A stretch of 53,691 nucleotides of DNA from an uncultured Candidatus Saccharibacteria bacterium (GCA_964367745.1 CAYIYK010000005.1:1-53691), one strand, 5' to 3'; numbered from the stretch's first letter, positions 6,819 to 17,212 are shown. Translations and numbers: made by a program. Notes: generated from the sequence alone by a model not told the origin.

Positions 6819-7511
6819 ATGAAACTACACAGATTTTTTTGTGATGAAAAGCTGACAGATAGGAAGTCAGTGGTTATTACCCATGCACCCTTGGTCAATC
6901 AATTGAAAAATGTTTTTCGGTTGGTTAAGGGTGATAAGATAATACTTTTTGATAATTCTGGCTTTGATTATGGAGTTAGTATAGAAGGCTTCGAAAAAGA
7001 ATCTGTTTCATTTTTGGTGGACAGCGTAACTCCAAACAAAGTGTTTCCCATACGAGAAACATATCTCTTCGCATCAATAGTTAAAAAAGATAATTTTGAA
7101 TGGATTACACAGAAGGCAACCGAGCTTGGAGTTTCACATATAATTCCAATCATTTCTGATCGCACAGAAAAGAAGGATTTAAATAAAGAAAGAATTCAGA
7201 AAATTATTGTAGAAGCTAGTGAGCAGTCGGGTAGGGGGACATTACCTGTTTTGTCTGAAGTGATGCATCTAGAAACTGCATTACAAAAATTTGGACATGT
7301 GAAATCTATAGCTTGGCATACTCAAGCAGAGAAGTTTGTTTCACAAGATCTCGGTGATACTTTAGGTGCGTATATTGGACCTGAAGGTGGTTGGTCAGAT
7401 TCTGAAATTGAGTTATTCAAAAAGCATGGTATTAGAATACGATCTCTCGGTCCACAAGTTTTAAGATCAGAAACAGCCGTGATATCAGTCATCACTCTTT
7501 CTGTTTTTTAA
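6819..7511 (+). CDS. rsmE: 16S rRNA (uracil1498-N3)-methyltransferase RsmE
   Basis: 230 aa. MKLHRFF start, PUA-like N-terminus, and a C-terminal SPOUT knot (GPEGGWSDSEI, LGPQVLRSETA). Confidence 0.85.
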   Translation: MKLHRFFCDEKLTDRKSVVITHAPLVNQLKNVFRLVKGDKIILFDNSGFDYGVSIEGFEKESVSFLVDSVTPNKVFPIRETYLFASIVKKDNFEWITQKATELGVSHIIPIISDRTEKKDLNKERIQKIIVEASEQSGRGTLPVLSEVMHLETALQKFGHVKSIAWHTQAEKFVSQDLGDTLGAYIGPEGGWSDSEIELFKKHGIRIRSLGPQVLRSETAVISVITLSVF

Positions 7512-7546
7512 TATTTACTATTTCTATTTATTCTATATAGAATAAA

Positions 7547-8545
7547 TTATTTTACTCCTTCCAAGAATTGATATACTTTCTCGTTTGTTAGTACAGTCTC
7601 AGCATAAGCAAAAGCTCTCTCTCGATCTGCATCTTTGTAGTGAGCTAGAATATGTTTCACCTCCTCCTCAATCTCTTTTACATCGACTTCAATTTTCTCT
7701 AGTTTCACAATCTCATTTAGTATCAGTTGAAGCTTTGCCTTTTTCTCAGCATGAGGTCTCCATTCAGATCTTATCTCCTCAATTGTTTTCTTTGCATGTT
7801 TCAAATAGTCCTCGATCTTAACACCCATACGATTTATATCATCGTTGAATTGTGCTTCAGTTCTTTTTGTTTCACTGTCGATAAGTATTTCTGGAACATC
7901 TATTTTTGATGAAGATATAAGCGCATCAGAAATTGCAATTCTTCTTTTTTCAACTGCTTGAATCTTTTTATTTTCCAAAAGATATTTCTTCACCTCTTCT
8001 TTTGATTCTGGAGAGTCGTGATCGTGACCCGCGTGATCAGCATGTGACTCTTTTATTTTCTTTATTGCATCTTCAACTTCTTTATCTGTTACTTCAAATT
8101 TTTCTTCAGGTTTACTATTTATTTCTCTTGAAAGGTTTTTATAATCCCCTAGTTTAACTTCTGGAATAACTGTAGTTACGATTTTAAATTCCAAAGGATT
8201 ATCCATTGCTAGTTTTGTAACACTTATCTCTGGTCTACCGATCGCATCGATTTTTTCTGATATTACGATTTCTGGATATGCTCTTCCCAAAGCTAGTTCA
8301 GCCATCTCTTCCAATATAGTCATATCACCAACTTTACTTACGATTATATTTTCTGGAACTTTTCCTTTTCTAAAACCATCAATAGTGATTTCATTGTTGA
8401 TATTTTCCAATGCTTGCTTTCTAAAAGATGAGAAATATTCCAAATCAATAGAACCTACAATCTCGATTTTTGAGCCATCGATTTTCTTCAATTCATATTT
8501 ATATGGATTAGCACCTTCCTTTGTTTTTACTGTTTGTTTTTTCAT
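7547..8545 (-). CDS. tig: Trigger factor lacking the PPIase domain
   Basis: The N-terminal ribosome-binding domain has FRKGKVP, and the C-terminal arm domain is present. The ATG at 8545 is preferred over the TTG at 8554. See the finding for this gene. Confidence 0.8.
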   Translation of the reverse strand: MKKQTVKTKEGANPYKYELKKIDGSKIEIVGSIDLEYFSSFRKQALENINNEITIDGFRKGKVPENIIVSKVGDMTILEEMAELALGRAYPEIVISEKIDAIGRPEISVTKLAMDNPLEFKIVTTVIPEVKLGDYKNLSREINSKPEEKFEVTDKEVEDAIKKIKESHADHAGHDHDSPESKEEVKKYLLENKKIQAVEKRRIAISDALISSSKIDVPEILIDSETKRTEAQFNDDINRMGVKIEDYLKHAKKTIEEIRSEWRPHAEKKAKLQLILNEIVKLEKIEVDVKEIEEEVKHILAHYKDADRERAFAYAETVLTNEKVYQFLEGVK

Positions 8546-8570
8546 GGTTTTCAAAGTCTACAATATAAAC

Positions 8571-8598
8571 AAAAAATCCGCCAGTTTGCGGATTTTTT
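8571..8598 (-). terminator. Hairpin terminator after the 8618-8923 gene
   Basis: AAAAAATCCGC-CAGTTT-GCGGATTTTTT. Confidence 0.6.
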
Positions 8599-8617
8599 GT
8601 AACACCATTTATTTTTC

Positions 8618-8923
8618 CTAGAAACTGTAATCTATATCCTTTAGTTGCACATCTAGATCAGCATTTATCGCTGCTGAACTATCCTCTACACCTTGTGATT
8701 CTGTACCTGTTTGACTTGTCACATCAGTTGATGCGTCAGTAGTAGTCTGTTCTGTATTTGTTGAAGAATTTGTATTCAACTTTTTACCGAAGAATATTAA
8801 AGAAGCGATTATGATTATAAGTACGATAGCTAATGCGCCTAGTATAGGTCCGATTTTCTTATTTTCTTTTGGTACTTGAGGAAGTCCGTTCATCATTCCA
8901 CTTGAATTTGTATTTGGTTCCAT
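8618..8923 (-). CDS. Small single-pass membrane protein, Ser/Thr-rich ectodomain
   Basis: 101 aa with TM helix IGPILGALAIVLIIIIASLIFFG. No known motif. Confidence 0.55.
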   Translation of the reverse strand: MEPNTNSSGMMNGLPQVPKENKKIGPILGALAIVLIIIIASLIFFGKKLNTNSSTNTEQTTTDASTDVTSQTGTESQGVEDSSAAINADLDVQLKDIDYSF

Positions 8924-8945
8924 TTATTTATTTAATTATAAATTA

Positions 8946-9797
8946 TTAATTTGTTGCTGGAGTACTTGATGCTGGCTTATCACCCAATCCCATACTTTTT
9001 GCAATTATATCGATAACTTTCTTGTATGCATCTCGAGCCTCTTTTACCGCTTTGATTGCTGAATCACCAACTTGTCTTGGCTTTGCTAGATCAACCTCTG
9101 TACTTGAAGCTGTACCAGAACTTGGAACTGGAGCTGGTAGGGCTGATAGAGCTTCTACAGCAGTCTTTGCTTTTGCTAGCTTTTCATCTGCTATAGCAAG
9201 TGCTGATTTTGCATCAGTTGTATTCTTGCCTTCCAATTCAAGCTTTAGGATCCTATCATTTATTCTTGCTTTTATTGCAGTTAGATTTTCAAGACTAATG
9301 TTTAGTTGTCCGAGTAATGCCTTCTTTCTTACTTCGAAATCATCTTTTTTCATCTTCTTTATCAAATCCTTTCCTTCATTGTTCATTCTCTTGAACATCT
9401 CTGTACTTGATGCTCTTTGAAGTCTTATAGGCATTTTTAAATTACCCATATTTTCTTTCATTTCATTTCTCATTTCCTTTCTCTCCTCACCAAACTCTTT
9501 TCGAGCATCTTTCATATCTGCTCTTATACCTTTAACTTCTATAGTAGTAGAAGCACGCATTTCTCTTATTTCTTTACGCATTTCACCTCTTTCACCCATG
9601 ATTTCATTTCTTGTTTCAACTCGAACTTCCTTCCTGTCATCCATATTCTTCTGTCTCACCTCCAAACGAGTTTTGATTGGTGGTTGACCTTGTTGTTCTT
9701 GAGCTAGTTGTATTGATAGAGCAAAAGCTTTATCAGATGAAATAGCAAAAACGACGAGCGATAACAAAATTGCTGTATTAATCTTTTTTAATATCAT
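8946..9797 (-). CDS. Secreted coiled-coil protein rich in Arg/Lys/Glu/Met
   Basis: 283 aa with a signal-peptide-like N-terminus (ILLSLVVFAISSDKAFA) and degenerate RKE(V/M)R / EMR repeats. Confidence 0.6.
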   Translation of the reverse strand: MILKKINTAILLSLVVFAISSDKAFALSIQLAQEQQGQPPIKTRLEVRQKNMDDRKEVRVETRNEIMGERGEMRKEIREMRASTTIEVKGIRADMKDARKEFGEERKEMRNEMKENMGNLKMPIRLQRASSTEMFKRMNNEGKDLIKKMKKDDFEVRKKALLGQLNISLENLTAIKARINDRILKLELEGKNTTDAKSALAIADEKLAKAKTAVEALSALPAPVPSSGTASSTEVDLAKPRQVGDSAIKAVKEARDAYKKVIDIIAKSMGLGDKPASSTPATN

Positions 9798-9840
9798 TTT
9801 TATATAATTAACGAATAAAAGGCGTTTAACCTTACGTTAA

Positions 9841-10974
9841 TTATACACTAGCACTTTGTGAAGTGGTACCTGTGGATTGTATATCTATTTTCCAACCTGT
9901 TAGCTTTGCCGCAAGACGAACGTTCTGTCCTCCTTTTCCTATGGCTAGAGATTGTTGATCGTCGGCTACATGTACTACAGCTCTCTTTTCCTCTTTATTT
10001 AGATCAATTTTAAGTATTTTGGCTGGAGATAGTGATTCTTGGATGAAAATAGCAGGATCTTCATTCCATTGAATGATATCTATCTTTTCTCCTGACAATT
10101 CGCTCATAACTGTAGAAACTCTCACTCCTCTTTGTCCTACAAGTGAACCTATAGGGTCAATGTGACTATCTTTTGAATATACAGCAATCTTTGATCTAGC
10201 ACCTGCTTCTCTAGATATAGCTTTTACCTCAACAACACCCTGCGCGATCTCCGGAGCTTCGATCTCGAACAATTTTGATAGGAATTTTGGATGAGAACGT
10301 GATAATTTCAACATAATTCCCTTAGGAGACTCTTCTACAGCATATAGATATGCTCGTATTCTCTCGCCTTGCTTATAGTGTTCACTTGGGATCTGGTCTT
10401 CATACGATATTATACCCATAGCACGTCCCATATCTATGAAAATAGAGCCTCTTTCCATTCTTTGTACTGTTCCAGACACTATTTCACCTTCTTTTTTACC
10501 ATATTCAGCCAAAACTGATGTTTTTTCAGCTTCTCTTATTTTCTGAATGATGACTTGTTTAGCTGTTTGAGCTGCAATTCTTCCATAATCACCCTTTTCT
10601 TCAAGAGGGAATACGATTTCATCATCGACTTTAGCGTCTTTTTTGATCTTTTTAGCATCTGCAAGGAGAATATGATGCTCTGGGTTGAATCGGACACGGA
10701 TATTCTCTTCGGCAGTATTCTTTATATCCTGTTCATCCTCTTCATCTTCCATGATGACCTTAGACTCGTCTACAACAATTTTAACTTGATAAAACTCAAC
10801 TTTCCCTGAGTTATTATCGAAAACAGCCCTAACAATCTGGCCTTTTTTGCCATATTCCTTCTTATAGGCTGTAGCAAGAGCTAGTTCTATAGCCTCAAGC
10901 ATTTTATCTTTTGGAATTCCTCTTTCGTCTTCCAATTGTTGTAAAACTGAGTGTATTACTTTTAGATCAAACAT
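9841..10974 (-). CDS. nusA: Transcription termination/antitermination factor NusA (no C-terminal AR domains)
   Basis: MFDLKVIHSVLQQLEDERGIPKD is the NusA N-terminus. An S1 domain and two KH domains follow (GQRGVRV, GKGGQNVRLAAKLTGWKIDI). The start is set at the internal ATG (10972-10974) rather than at the ORF-track start. Confidence 0.9.
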   Translation of the reverse strand: MFDLKVIHSVLQQLEDERGIPKDKMLEAIELALATAYKKEYGKKGQIVRAVFDNNSGKVEFYQVKIVVDESKVIMEDEEDEQDIKNTAEENIRVRFNPEHHILLADAKKIKKDAKVDDEIVFPLEEKGDYGRIAAQTAKQVIIQKIREAEKTSVLAEYGKKEGEIVSGTVQRMERGSIFIDMGRAMGIISYEDQIPSEHYKQGERIRAYLYAVEESPKGIMLKLSRSHPKFLSKLFEIEAPEIAQGVVEVKAISREAGARSKIAVYSKDSHIDPIGSLVGQRGVRVSTVMSELSGEKIDIIQWNEDPAIFIQESLSPAKILKIDLNKEEKRAVVHVADDQQSLAIGKGGQNVRLAAKLTGWKIDIQSTGTTSQSASV

Positions 10975-11131
10975 GTTTTTAATTTTATTTATAAAAAGAG
11001 CTCGCGGACGCGAACTACTTGCTACTAATATATCACACAATATAGTTATCCACAAGTTAAATAATAAATGTATAAGTTATTAGAATGCTATAATGAAACG
11101 GTAATTAATAGTTCTAAAATACAATATACAT

Positions 11132-11491
11132 ATGGATTTTTTAAATAAACCAAAGGATGATAATCACAAGAAGGCTCTATGGTTGCTCGTAGTAATCATT
11201 CTGTTGATAGCTGTATCGGTCCTATGGCAATACTCAAGTGATCGATTTAAGAATTTCGTTCCGGCAAGGAAAGTGGATATTGTAATAGATAGAAGTGGAA
11301 ATCTAGTGATAAAAGGGGAGGAAGATGTATCTACAAAGAAGGATATTCTATTTACGAGACTAGCAAATACTGATTCTAAACCTCTAACTGAACAAGAGAA
11401 GAAGATTGTAGTGGCAAATTTCTCTGATGGGAATGCAATGCAACTTACTTCAGAAGAGAAGAAAATGATATTAAAGGCATTAAATAATTAA
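11132..11491 (+). CDS. Small membrane-anchored hypothetical protein
   Basis: 119 aa with one TM helix (ALWLLVVIILLIAVSVLW). It sits immediately upstream of the giant gene. Confidence 0.55.
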   Translation: MDFLNKPKDDNHKKALWLLVVIILLIAVSVLWQYSSDRFKNFVPARKVDIVIDRSGNLVIKGEEDVSTKKDILFTRLANTDSKPLTEQEKKIVVANFSDGNAMQLTSEEKKMILKALNN

Positions 11492-11497
11492 ATTAAT

Positions 11498-14400
11498 ATG
11501 AAAAATAATTTTAAAAAAATACAAAATCTGACAGTATTCCTAATCGCTATAGCATTCTTTGTATTTGGTAATGCTCAAATATCATCAGCTCAAACAACGT
11601 CTAATTTTGGAGCTATTACAGATTATTCAAACAAGCAAGTGATTGAGAATCCAGCAAATGTTGTCGGAGATCCAAGTCAAATATCATCATCTAGTTGTCC
11701 TGATGGTTCTGTTTTGGTTGGATTTAATTTGTACAATCAAGGAAGTAATTACAGTAGATTGGGGAGTTTGTATTGTAGATCAGTGGAGGTGAATCTAGGA
11801 GGTGCATCTGTTTATACAAAAATGTTAATAGAGAACCCTCGTACAGGTGGAGCAAATTCTACTCAGATAAATAGTTCAAGTTGTCCAAATGGTTTCGCTG
11901 CTATAGGTTTTAACGTCTTGAATGCAGGTTCAAACGCTTCTAGTGAAGGTATACTATATTGTAAACAAGTCTTATCTGCAAAGGTGAGTTCAACAGGGCA
12001 GACTCAGTCTGTTTCAATTGGCTCTCAAAACACAATTAGAAAAACAGTTATAGAGAACCCTTTCGGGAGCGGTGGAAATTCAACTCAAATTGCAGCTTCT
12101 TCGTGTCCAGATGATTATGTAATTACGGGCTTCAATCTTATAGATATGGGAGAAAATTACAGTAGGTCAAATGACTTATATTGTAGTAAGCTAACTTTTA
12201 CACCAAATCCACTAGAATTCGATTTTTCAATATCAGGTGATGGGCATCGCTATATCTATCCCGGTGATACTGTTTCAAATGCTCTGTTCATAAACTCTGT
12301 TGTTTCAAATGTTTCAGGAGATGTTAAATTAACTATAGATTCAATAAAAAATAGCAATGGTGTAAGTGTTATGAATGCTACAAATGGATTTACTGTAAGT
12401 GCAAATCCTTTTAGTCCAAAAACAAATACAGCCACACTTTCCCCAACTATCAAACAAGTAACCACACCTCTATCTTTTATAGCAAATAATTCTGTATTGC
12501 CTGATACATATACTGTGAATGTTTCCGGTGTCTATACAAAAACAGTTGCTGGAACATCTGGTAGTGTTACAAATTATTATTGTAGCTTAGTATGGGAGGG
12601 TAGAGATTATTACTTTGGTTGCGGACCTGATTCAAATTTTAACCCAAAAGATGATTATCAAAATGGTCAATCTTCATCTGTGAAATGTATAGAAGGAGAC
12701 ACATTCGGTCCTGAACCAAGTTGTGCGTCTGCACAAAAAGTACTGACTTTTTTTGCTAAAGAACAGATCAGAGATTTCAGACAATCATACGGTCGTTCAA
12801 TTTGCCCAGGTACTGTAAATGTGGTTGGTGATGCGGATAATCCAAATACAGATTTCACTTGTGTTGTCACGGCTGTTGCTCCAGTAACACAAACAATAAA
12901 TAAATCGACGACTTTTGATGTTATCGTGCAACCACCCGTGGCGAATATTGATTATGCTCTGTCAGCAACTCCTTCACCTGATGGATGTCCAGCTTCATCA
13001 TTGTTTATAACAGCAAACTGGAAAGCAGTTCCTAATGCTAGTTCATACAATCTATATAGATTCGAAGGAAATAATAATCAAACACCGACAGCGACTATCT
13101 CAGTAACCAGCTTACCAGTGAATGGATATGTAGAATATGTAGATAGAGCATTTAGTAATTACAATGTCCTTGTTCAATATAATGTCGCTGCTGTAGTCAA
13201 CGGGGTAGAGGTAAAAAAATCTGATTTTGTTTCGGTATATACACCAAAATTAACCACAAATTGTATACCTCCAGTTACTCCTGTTGTTAAATTGTTTACA
13301 AAAAAGACTAATGATACCGTAACGAATCTAAGCGCAATGGATGCAAACACGGCTATCACAACTGCAAATACCGAGATATCAATATCAAAAAATGAAGCCT
13401 TTGATCTAAAATGGGTAAGTAACCTGGGTCCAAACTATACATGTACACAAGTCACTGTTCTACCAAATGGAACAACAAATAATACACGAATCGTATATGG
13501 TAATTCTACGAATGGTACGAGTATTGGTATAGCTGGATCAAATCTAGATACAGGAACGAATCTTCTAAAGGTATCTTGTTCAAACGGTGTTGCTGTATTG
13601 AGTAATGTGGTAAGAATTACGGTTCTATTTGAGCCTATATACAACTTCAGTGTTATACCTTCAGGCGACCAATGTCTAGCTTCAGATGTGTGGATAAAAC
13701 AAACTTGGACAGCAGTACCAGGAGCAAGTTCATATAAGATTGCAAGAACAGGTGGATCAGGACCAGTTAACTATACTATCGCATCTCCAAATCTTATAAA
13801 TAACGAAGACCACAATGCTTTCAATAGCACTACAGCAACAGCATATACTTATGTTGTAACTGCAGTAATAGGAGGAGTTGATCAAACACCTTCAGCGCCT
13901 ATAACAATCACATCCCCTAGATCAGGAGTGAATTGTCCACCAGCACCCGTCTTGAAACTCTTTACTAAGAAAAATTCAGATACTTCTATAAACTTAAGTA
14001 ATTACGATACATCTACTGCAATAAATACCGCAAATACAGAAATTTCTCTAAATAGAAATGAAAGTTTTGATCTAAAGTGGGTAAGTAATCTAGACGCTAG
14101 TTATACATGTACACAAGATACTCAGGTTCCAGGGGGAAGTACAAACAACACTATTTGGCCATATGGAAATAGTAGAAGTGGAGCTGCCGTAGATCTACGA
14201 GCAACGGGGCAAGCGGTAGGTTTGTATAATCTAAAGGTATCCTGTACAAATGGTACATCTCAGATAAGTAATATTGTGAAGATCACAATCCTACCTGATC
14301 CAATAGTATATAATCTAAGTGTTATATCATCAGGCGACCAATGTTTGAGTTCTAATGTTTCTATAATGCAGTCTTGGTCAGCAGTATCTGGTGCAACTTC

Positions 14401-17149
14401 ATATAAAATCACAAGAACTGGAGGAACTGGACCTGTCACTTATACTATCGCATCACCAACTCTAACAAACACTGAACCATACGCTGCTTTTAGTAGCACA
14501 CCTACATCATACACATACACAGTTTCTGCTGTCGTTGGCGGAGTAGAGCAACAAGCTTCAGAACCTATAACTATTCTTTCACCAAGAGTTGTTTGTCCGG
14601 TCGGAACCCCAGCAATAAAGATTTTTATTAGAAAGTCTAATGATACTTCAGTAAATATTACTTCATTCAATGTTCTATCGGCTTTAAATTCCTCAAATAC
14701 GAATGCGTCAGTTAAAATGGGTCAAGATTCATTTGATTTAAAATGGGCAAGTAATCTAGGTACTGGTTATACATGTAGTCAGGTTACAACTAGACCTGGA
14801 GGAAGCTCAGGAAATGGACTGTGGAGTTACGGATCATATATAAATGGTGCAGCTTATGGTCTTGGTACATCAGGATATCTTCCTGGAGCATATACATTCT
14901 CAGTATCATGTACAAACGGGGCCTCAACTGTTGTAAGTAATGTAGTGGATTTAACTATAATTGATCCATTAAATTACAAATTGAACGTGATTACATCAGG
15001 AGATCAGTGTTTAACATCAGATATCTGGATTAAGCAATCTTGGTCAATAATATCTAATGCAACTTCATATAAGATAACAAGAACTGGTGGAGCTGGAACC
15101 GTAGTATACAATGTACCGTCTATCCCTACATTGAATACTGAACTATTTGGTTCATTCAGTAGTACACCTACAGCTTATACATATACAATCTCTGCAATAG
15201 TTGGTGGTGTAGAACAACTAGCTTCTGCTCCGATAACTATAACCTCACCTAAGGTATATTGTCCTGTCACACCAGTTATCAAGCTTTTTACTAGAAAATC
15301 TACGGATTCAACAGTTAACTTCTCAGCATATACAACCGCAACAGCATTAATTCCACAAAATAGTGATATTGTGGTTACAAAAGGTCAAGAATATTTTGAT
15401 TTGAAATGGATGAGTAGTCTTGATAATAGTTATGTCTGTACTCAAGTAACAACAACGCCAACTGGTACTACAAACAATGCGCTGTGGAGTTATGGAACAT
15501 ACCCGAATGGAACAGTATACTGGCAAGGAACAGGTTCTGTAGCTACGGGAGTATATGGTTTTAAGGTCTCATGTACAAAAGGAGCATCAACTGTAGAAAG
15601 TAATACTGTAAATGTAAATATAGTTAATCCTATAAGTTACAACTTCATCGTCGCTCCCTCAGCAAATCAATGTGATATAAATAACTTACAAATCCGCCTA
15701 ACATGGAGTCTAATACCAGGTGCCACAAGTTATAGAATAACTAGAACACAAGTTAGTACAGGGCAAACAAGCAACTATGCAGTCTCAAGCGGAATATTTA
15801 CACAAAGTCTTGCAAACGGAACCGCGGCTTTTGTTCAGGGTGTAGATTATACCTATAAGGTTGTAGCGGTGGCTAACGGTGTTGCTATTGCACCATCATC
15901 ACCAACAATTGTTGTTAGATCTCCATCACAAGATACAACTCTGTGTTCTACACTATCTCTTAAACTTGAAGTAAAGAAGTCAACAGAATCAAATACTCTT
16001 TATCGTTCGGCGATTACTATCAATAAAGGTGAAAATTTCGATATAAGATGGACTATAGTGAATCCAAACGGTAGTGTCTATATGAATTCAAATAGTGTTA
16101 TTGGTCCTCAAGGAATAAATGGTAATGGTCTATGGACTTGGGGAACAGGAAGTAGTGGAAGTAGAACAGGTTTGAGTTCGACACCTCAAGCTGTGGTTGC
16201 TGGAGATTATATATTTAAGATTGATATGCTAGATACATCAACAGGGAATTATGTATTAGCTTTGAGTAGTAATTCTGCTAAGGTGACTATTATAAACACA
16301 ACAACAGATGTTTGTCCGAATCTTCCTGGTATTCAGACTGTGGTTCCGGATGCGATGGTTAAGGATAGTGGTGGTAATTGCATAATGACTAATGGTGGTG
16401 GAGGGGGATCTGATCCAAATATTAAGTTGTTTATCGGTGATACTTCTGTTAAGACATATGATCTATCTAGTCCAATACCAACTACTCCATACCAAAGAAA
16501 TAGAGGCGAAAGCTTTACTTTGAAGTGGGTAAGTAATCTTCCGTCTGGATTCGAATGTAGTTCACAGACTCATAATTCAAATAACAACCCCGTTAACACA
16601 TGGTTATGGAATCAATCAAATCAAACTGTGGGATTTAATGATTTGCAAACAAATTCAGCAAACCCCGATACCTATAGTTTCGATATTTACTGTGTTGATT
16701 CAAATAATCCATCGTTGACTCCACGAGTAGGTAATACGGCAAAAATGGCTCTATCTGATATAGCTATAGATCCAAATTCTATAAAACTATTTATCGGTGG
16801 AGCAAATATACTATCAAACAATTTGGCTACACCTATAAATCCAAATGCTACATATAAAGTTAAAAAGGGTAGTAGATTCAATCTATTGTGGGATAGTAAT
16901 CTAAACAATAGTTATGAATGTACAGCAAATACAAAAAAGAGTGATGGTATAGAATTCACTACATGGGATTGGAATACAAATAAAAGTAAGGGTGATAAAA
17001 CAACAAACCTTACAACTGGAAACGTTGAAAAGGGTATATATAGCTTCCAGTTATTCTGTACTGATCCAGCACAAGATCCTGGAAATCCTGATAAACAAAG
17101 TAACATAGTGAAGCTACAGGTAGTAGAATCAACAATCATAGAACAGTAG
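11498..17149 (+). CDS. Giant secreted repeat protein (1883 aa), Fn3-like/Ig-like modules
   Basis: Uninterrupted ORF with signal peptide (VFLIAIAFFVFGNAQISSAQ). It has three N-terminal Cys-containing repeats, then alternating A (..W.AVPGASSYKI.RTGG..) and B (..KLFTKK....FDLKWVSNL...YTC.Q..) modules. Confidence 0.9.
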   Translation: MKNNFKKIQNLTVFLIAIAFFVFGNAQISSAQTTSNFGAITDYSNKQVIENPANVVGDPSQISSSSCPDGSVLVGFNLYNQGSNYSRLGSLYCRSVEVNLGGASVYTKMLIENPRTGGANSTQINSSSCPNGFAAIGFNVLNAGSNASSEGILYCKQVLSAKVSSTGQTQSVSIGSQNTIRKTVIENPFGSGGNSTQIAASSCPDDYVITGFNLIDMGENYSRSNDLYCSKLTFTPNPLEFDFSISGDGHRYIYPGDTVSNALFINSVVSNVSGDVKLTIDSIKNSNGVSVMNATNGFTVSANPFSPKTNTATLSPTIKQVTTPLSFIANNSVLPDTYTVNVSGVYTKTVAGTSGSVTNYYCSLVWEGRDYYFGCGPDSNFNPKDDYQNGQSSSVKCIEGDTFGPEPSCASAQKVLTFFAKEQIRDFRQSYGRSICPGTVNVVGDADNPNTDFTCVVTAVAPVTQTINKSTTFDVIVQPPVANIDYALSATPSPDGCPASSLFITANWKAVPNASSYNLYRFEGNNNQTPTATISVTSLPVNGYVEYVDRAFSNYNVLVQYNVAAVVNGVEVKKSDFVSVYTPKLTTNCIPPVTPVVKLFTKKTNDTVTNLSAMDANTAITTANTEISISKNEAFDLKWVSNLGPNYTCTQVTVLPNGTTNNTRIVYGNSTNGTSIGIAGSNLDTGTNLLKVSCSNGVAVLSNVVRITVLFEPIYNFSVIPSGDQCLASDVWIKQTWTAVPGASSYKIARTGGSGPVNYTIASPNLINNEDHNAFNSTTATAYTYVVTAVIGGVDQTPSAPITITSPRSGVNCPPAPVLKLFTKKNSDTSINLSNYDTSTAINTANTEISLNRNESFDLKWVSNLDASYTCTQDTQVPGGSTNNTIWPYGNSRSGAAVDLRATGQAVGLYNLKVSCTNGTSQISNIVKITILPDPIVYNLSVISSGDQCLSSNVSIMQSWSAVSGATSYKITRTGGTGPVTYTIASPTLTNTEPYAAFSSTPTSYTYTVSAVVGGVEQQASEPITILSPRVVCPVGTPAIKIFIRKSNDTSVNITSFNVLSALNSSNTNASVKMGQDSFDLKWASNLGTGYTCSQVTTRPGGSSGNGLWSYGSYINGAAYGLGTSGYLPGAYTFSVSCTNGASTVVSNVVDLTIIDPLNYKLNVITSGDQCLTSDIWIKQSWSIISNATSYKITRTGGAGTVVYNVPSIPTLNTELFGSFSSTPTAYTYTISAIVGGVEQLASAPITITSPKVYCPVTPVIKLFTRKSTDSTVNFSAYTTATALIPQNSDIVVTKGQEYFDLKWMSSLDNSYVCTQVTTTPTGTTNNALWSYGTYPNGTVYWQGTGSVATGVYGFKVSCTKGASTVESNTVNVNIVNPISYNFIVAPSANQCDINNLQIRLTWSLIPGATSYRITRTQVSTGQTSNYAVSSGIFTQSLANGTAAFVQGVDYTYKVVAVANGVAIAPSSPTIVVRSPSQDTTLCSTLSLKLEVKKSTESNTLYRSAITINKGENFDIRWTIVNPNGSVYMNSNSVIGPQGINGNGLWTWGTGSSGSRTGLSSTPQAVVAGDYIFKIDMLDTSTGNYVLALSSNSAKVTIINTTTDVCPNLPGIQTVVPDAMVKDSGGNCIMTNGGGGGSDPNIKLFIGDTSVKTYDLSSPIPTTPYQRNRGESFTLKWVSNLPSGFECSSQTHNSNNNPVNTWLWNQSNQTVGFNDLQTNSANPDTYSFDIYCVDSNNPSLTPRVGNTAKMALSDIAIDPNSIKLFIGGANILSNNLATPINPNATYKVKKGSRFNLLWDSNLNNSYECTANTKKSDGIEFTTWDWNTNKSKGDKTTNLTTGNVEKGIYSFQLFCTDPAQDPGNPDKQSNIVKLQVVESTIIEQ
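12953..16300 (+). repeat. Five tandem ~666-nt (about 222-aa) A+B supermodules inside the giant gene
   Basis: The conserved Tyr codon that opens each A module is at 12953, 13640, 14309, 14975 and 15638. The last four are spaced 663-669 nt apart. Confidence 0.8.
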
Positions 17150-17170
17150 ACATAGGTAATTAGCAATAAG

Positions 17171-17201
17171 AAAAGGCCTCGCACAAAGCGGGGCCTTTTT
17201 T
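17171..17201. terminator. Bidirectional terminator between convergent genes
   Basis: AAAAGGCCTCGC-ACAAA-GCGGGGCCTTTTTT. Confidence 0.7.
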
Positions 17202-17212
17202 GTTGTGCAAAG

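Noticed and set aside
10975-11055. N-terminal extensions in the ORF track: NusA +27 aa, HIT protein +60 aa (33438-33617), S12 +6 aa, tig +3 aa, HK2 +9 aa
   Set aside because: The conserved protein N-termini begin at internal ATGs. The extensions use non-ATG starts or overlap neighbouring genes (HIT vs recJ).
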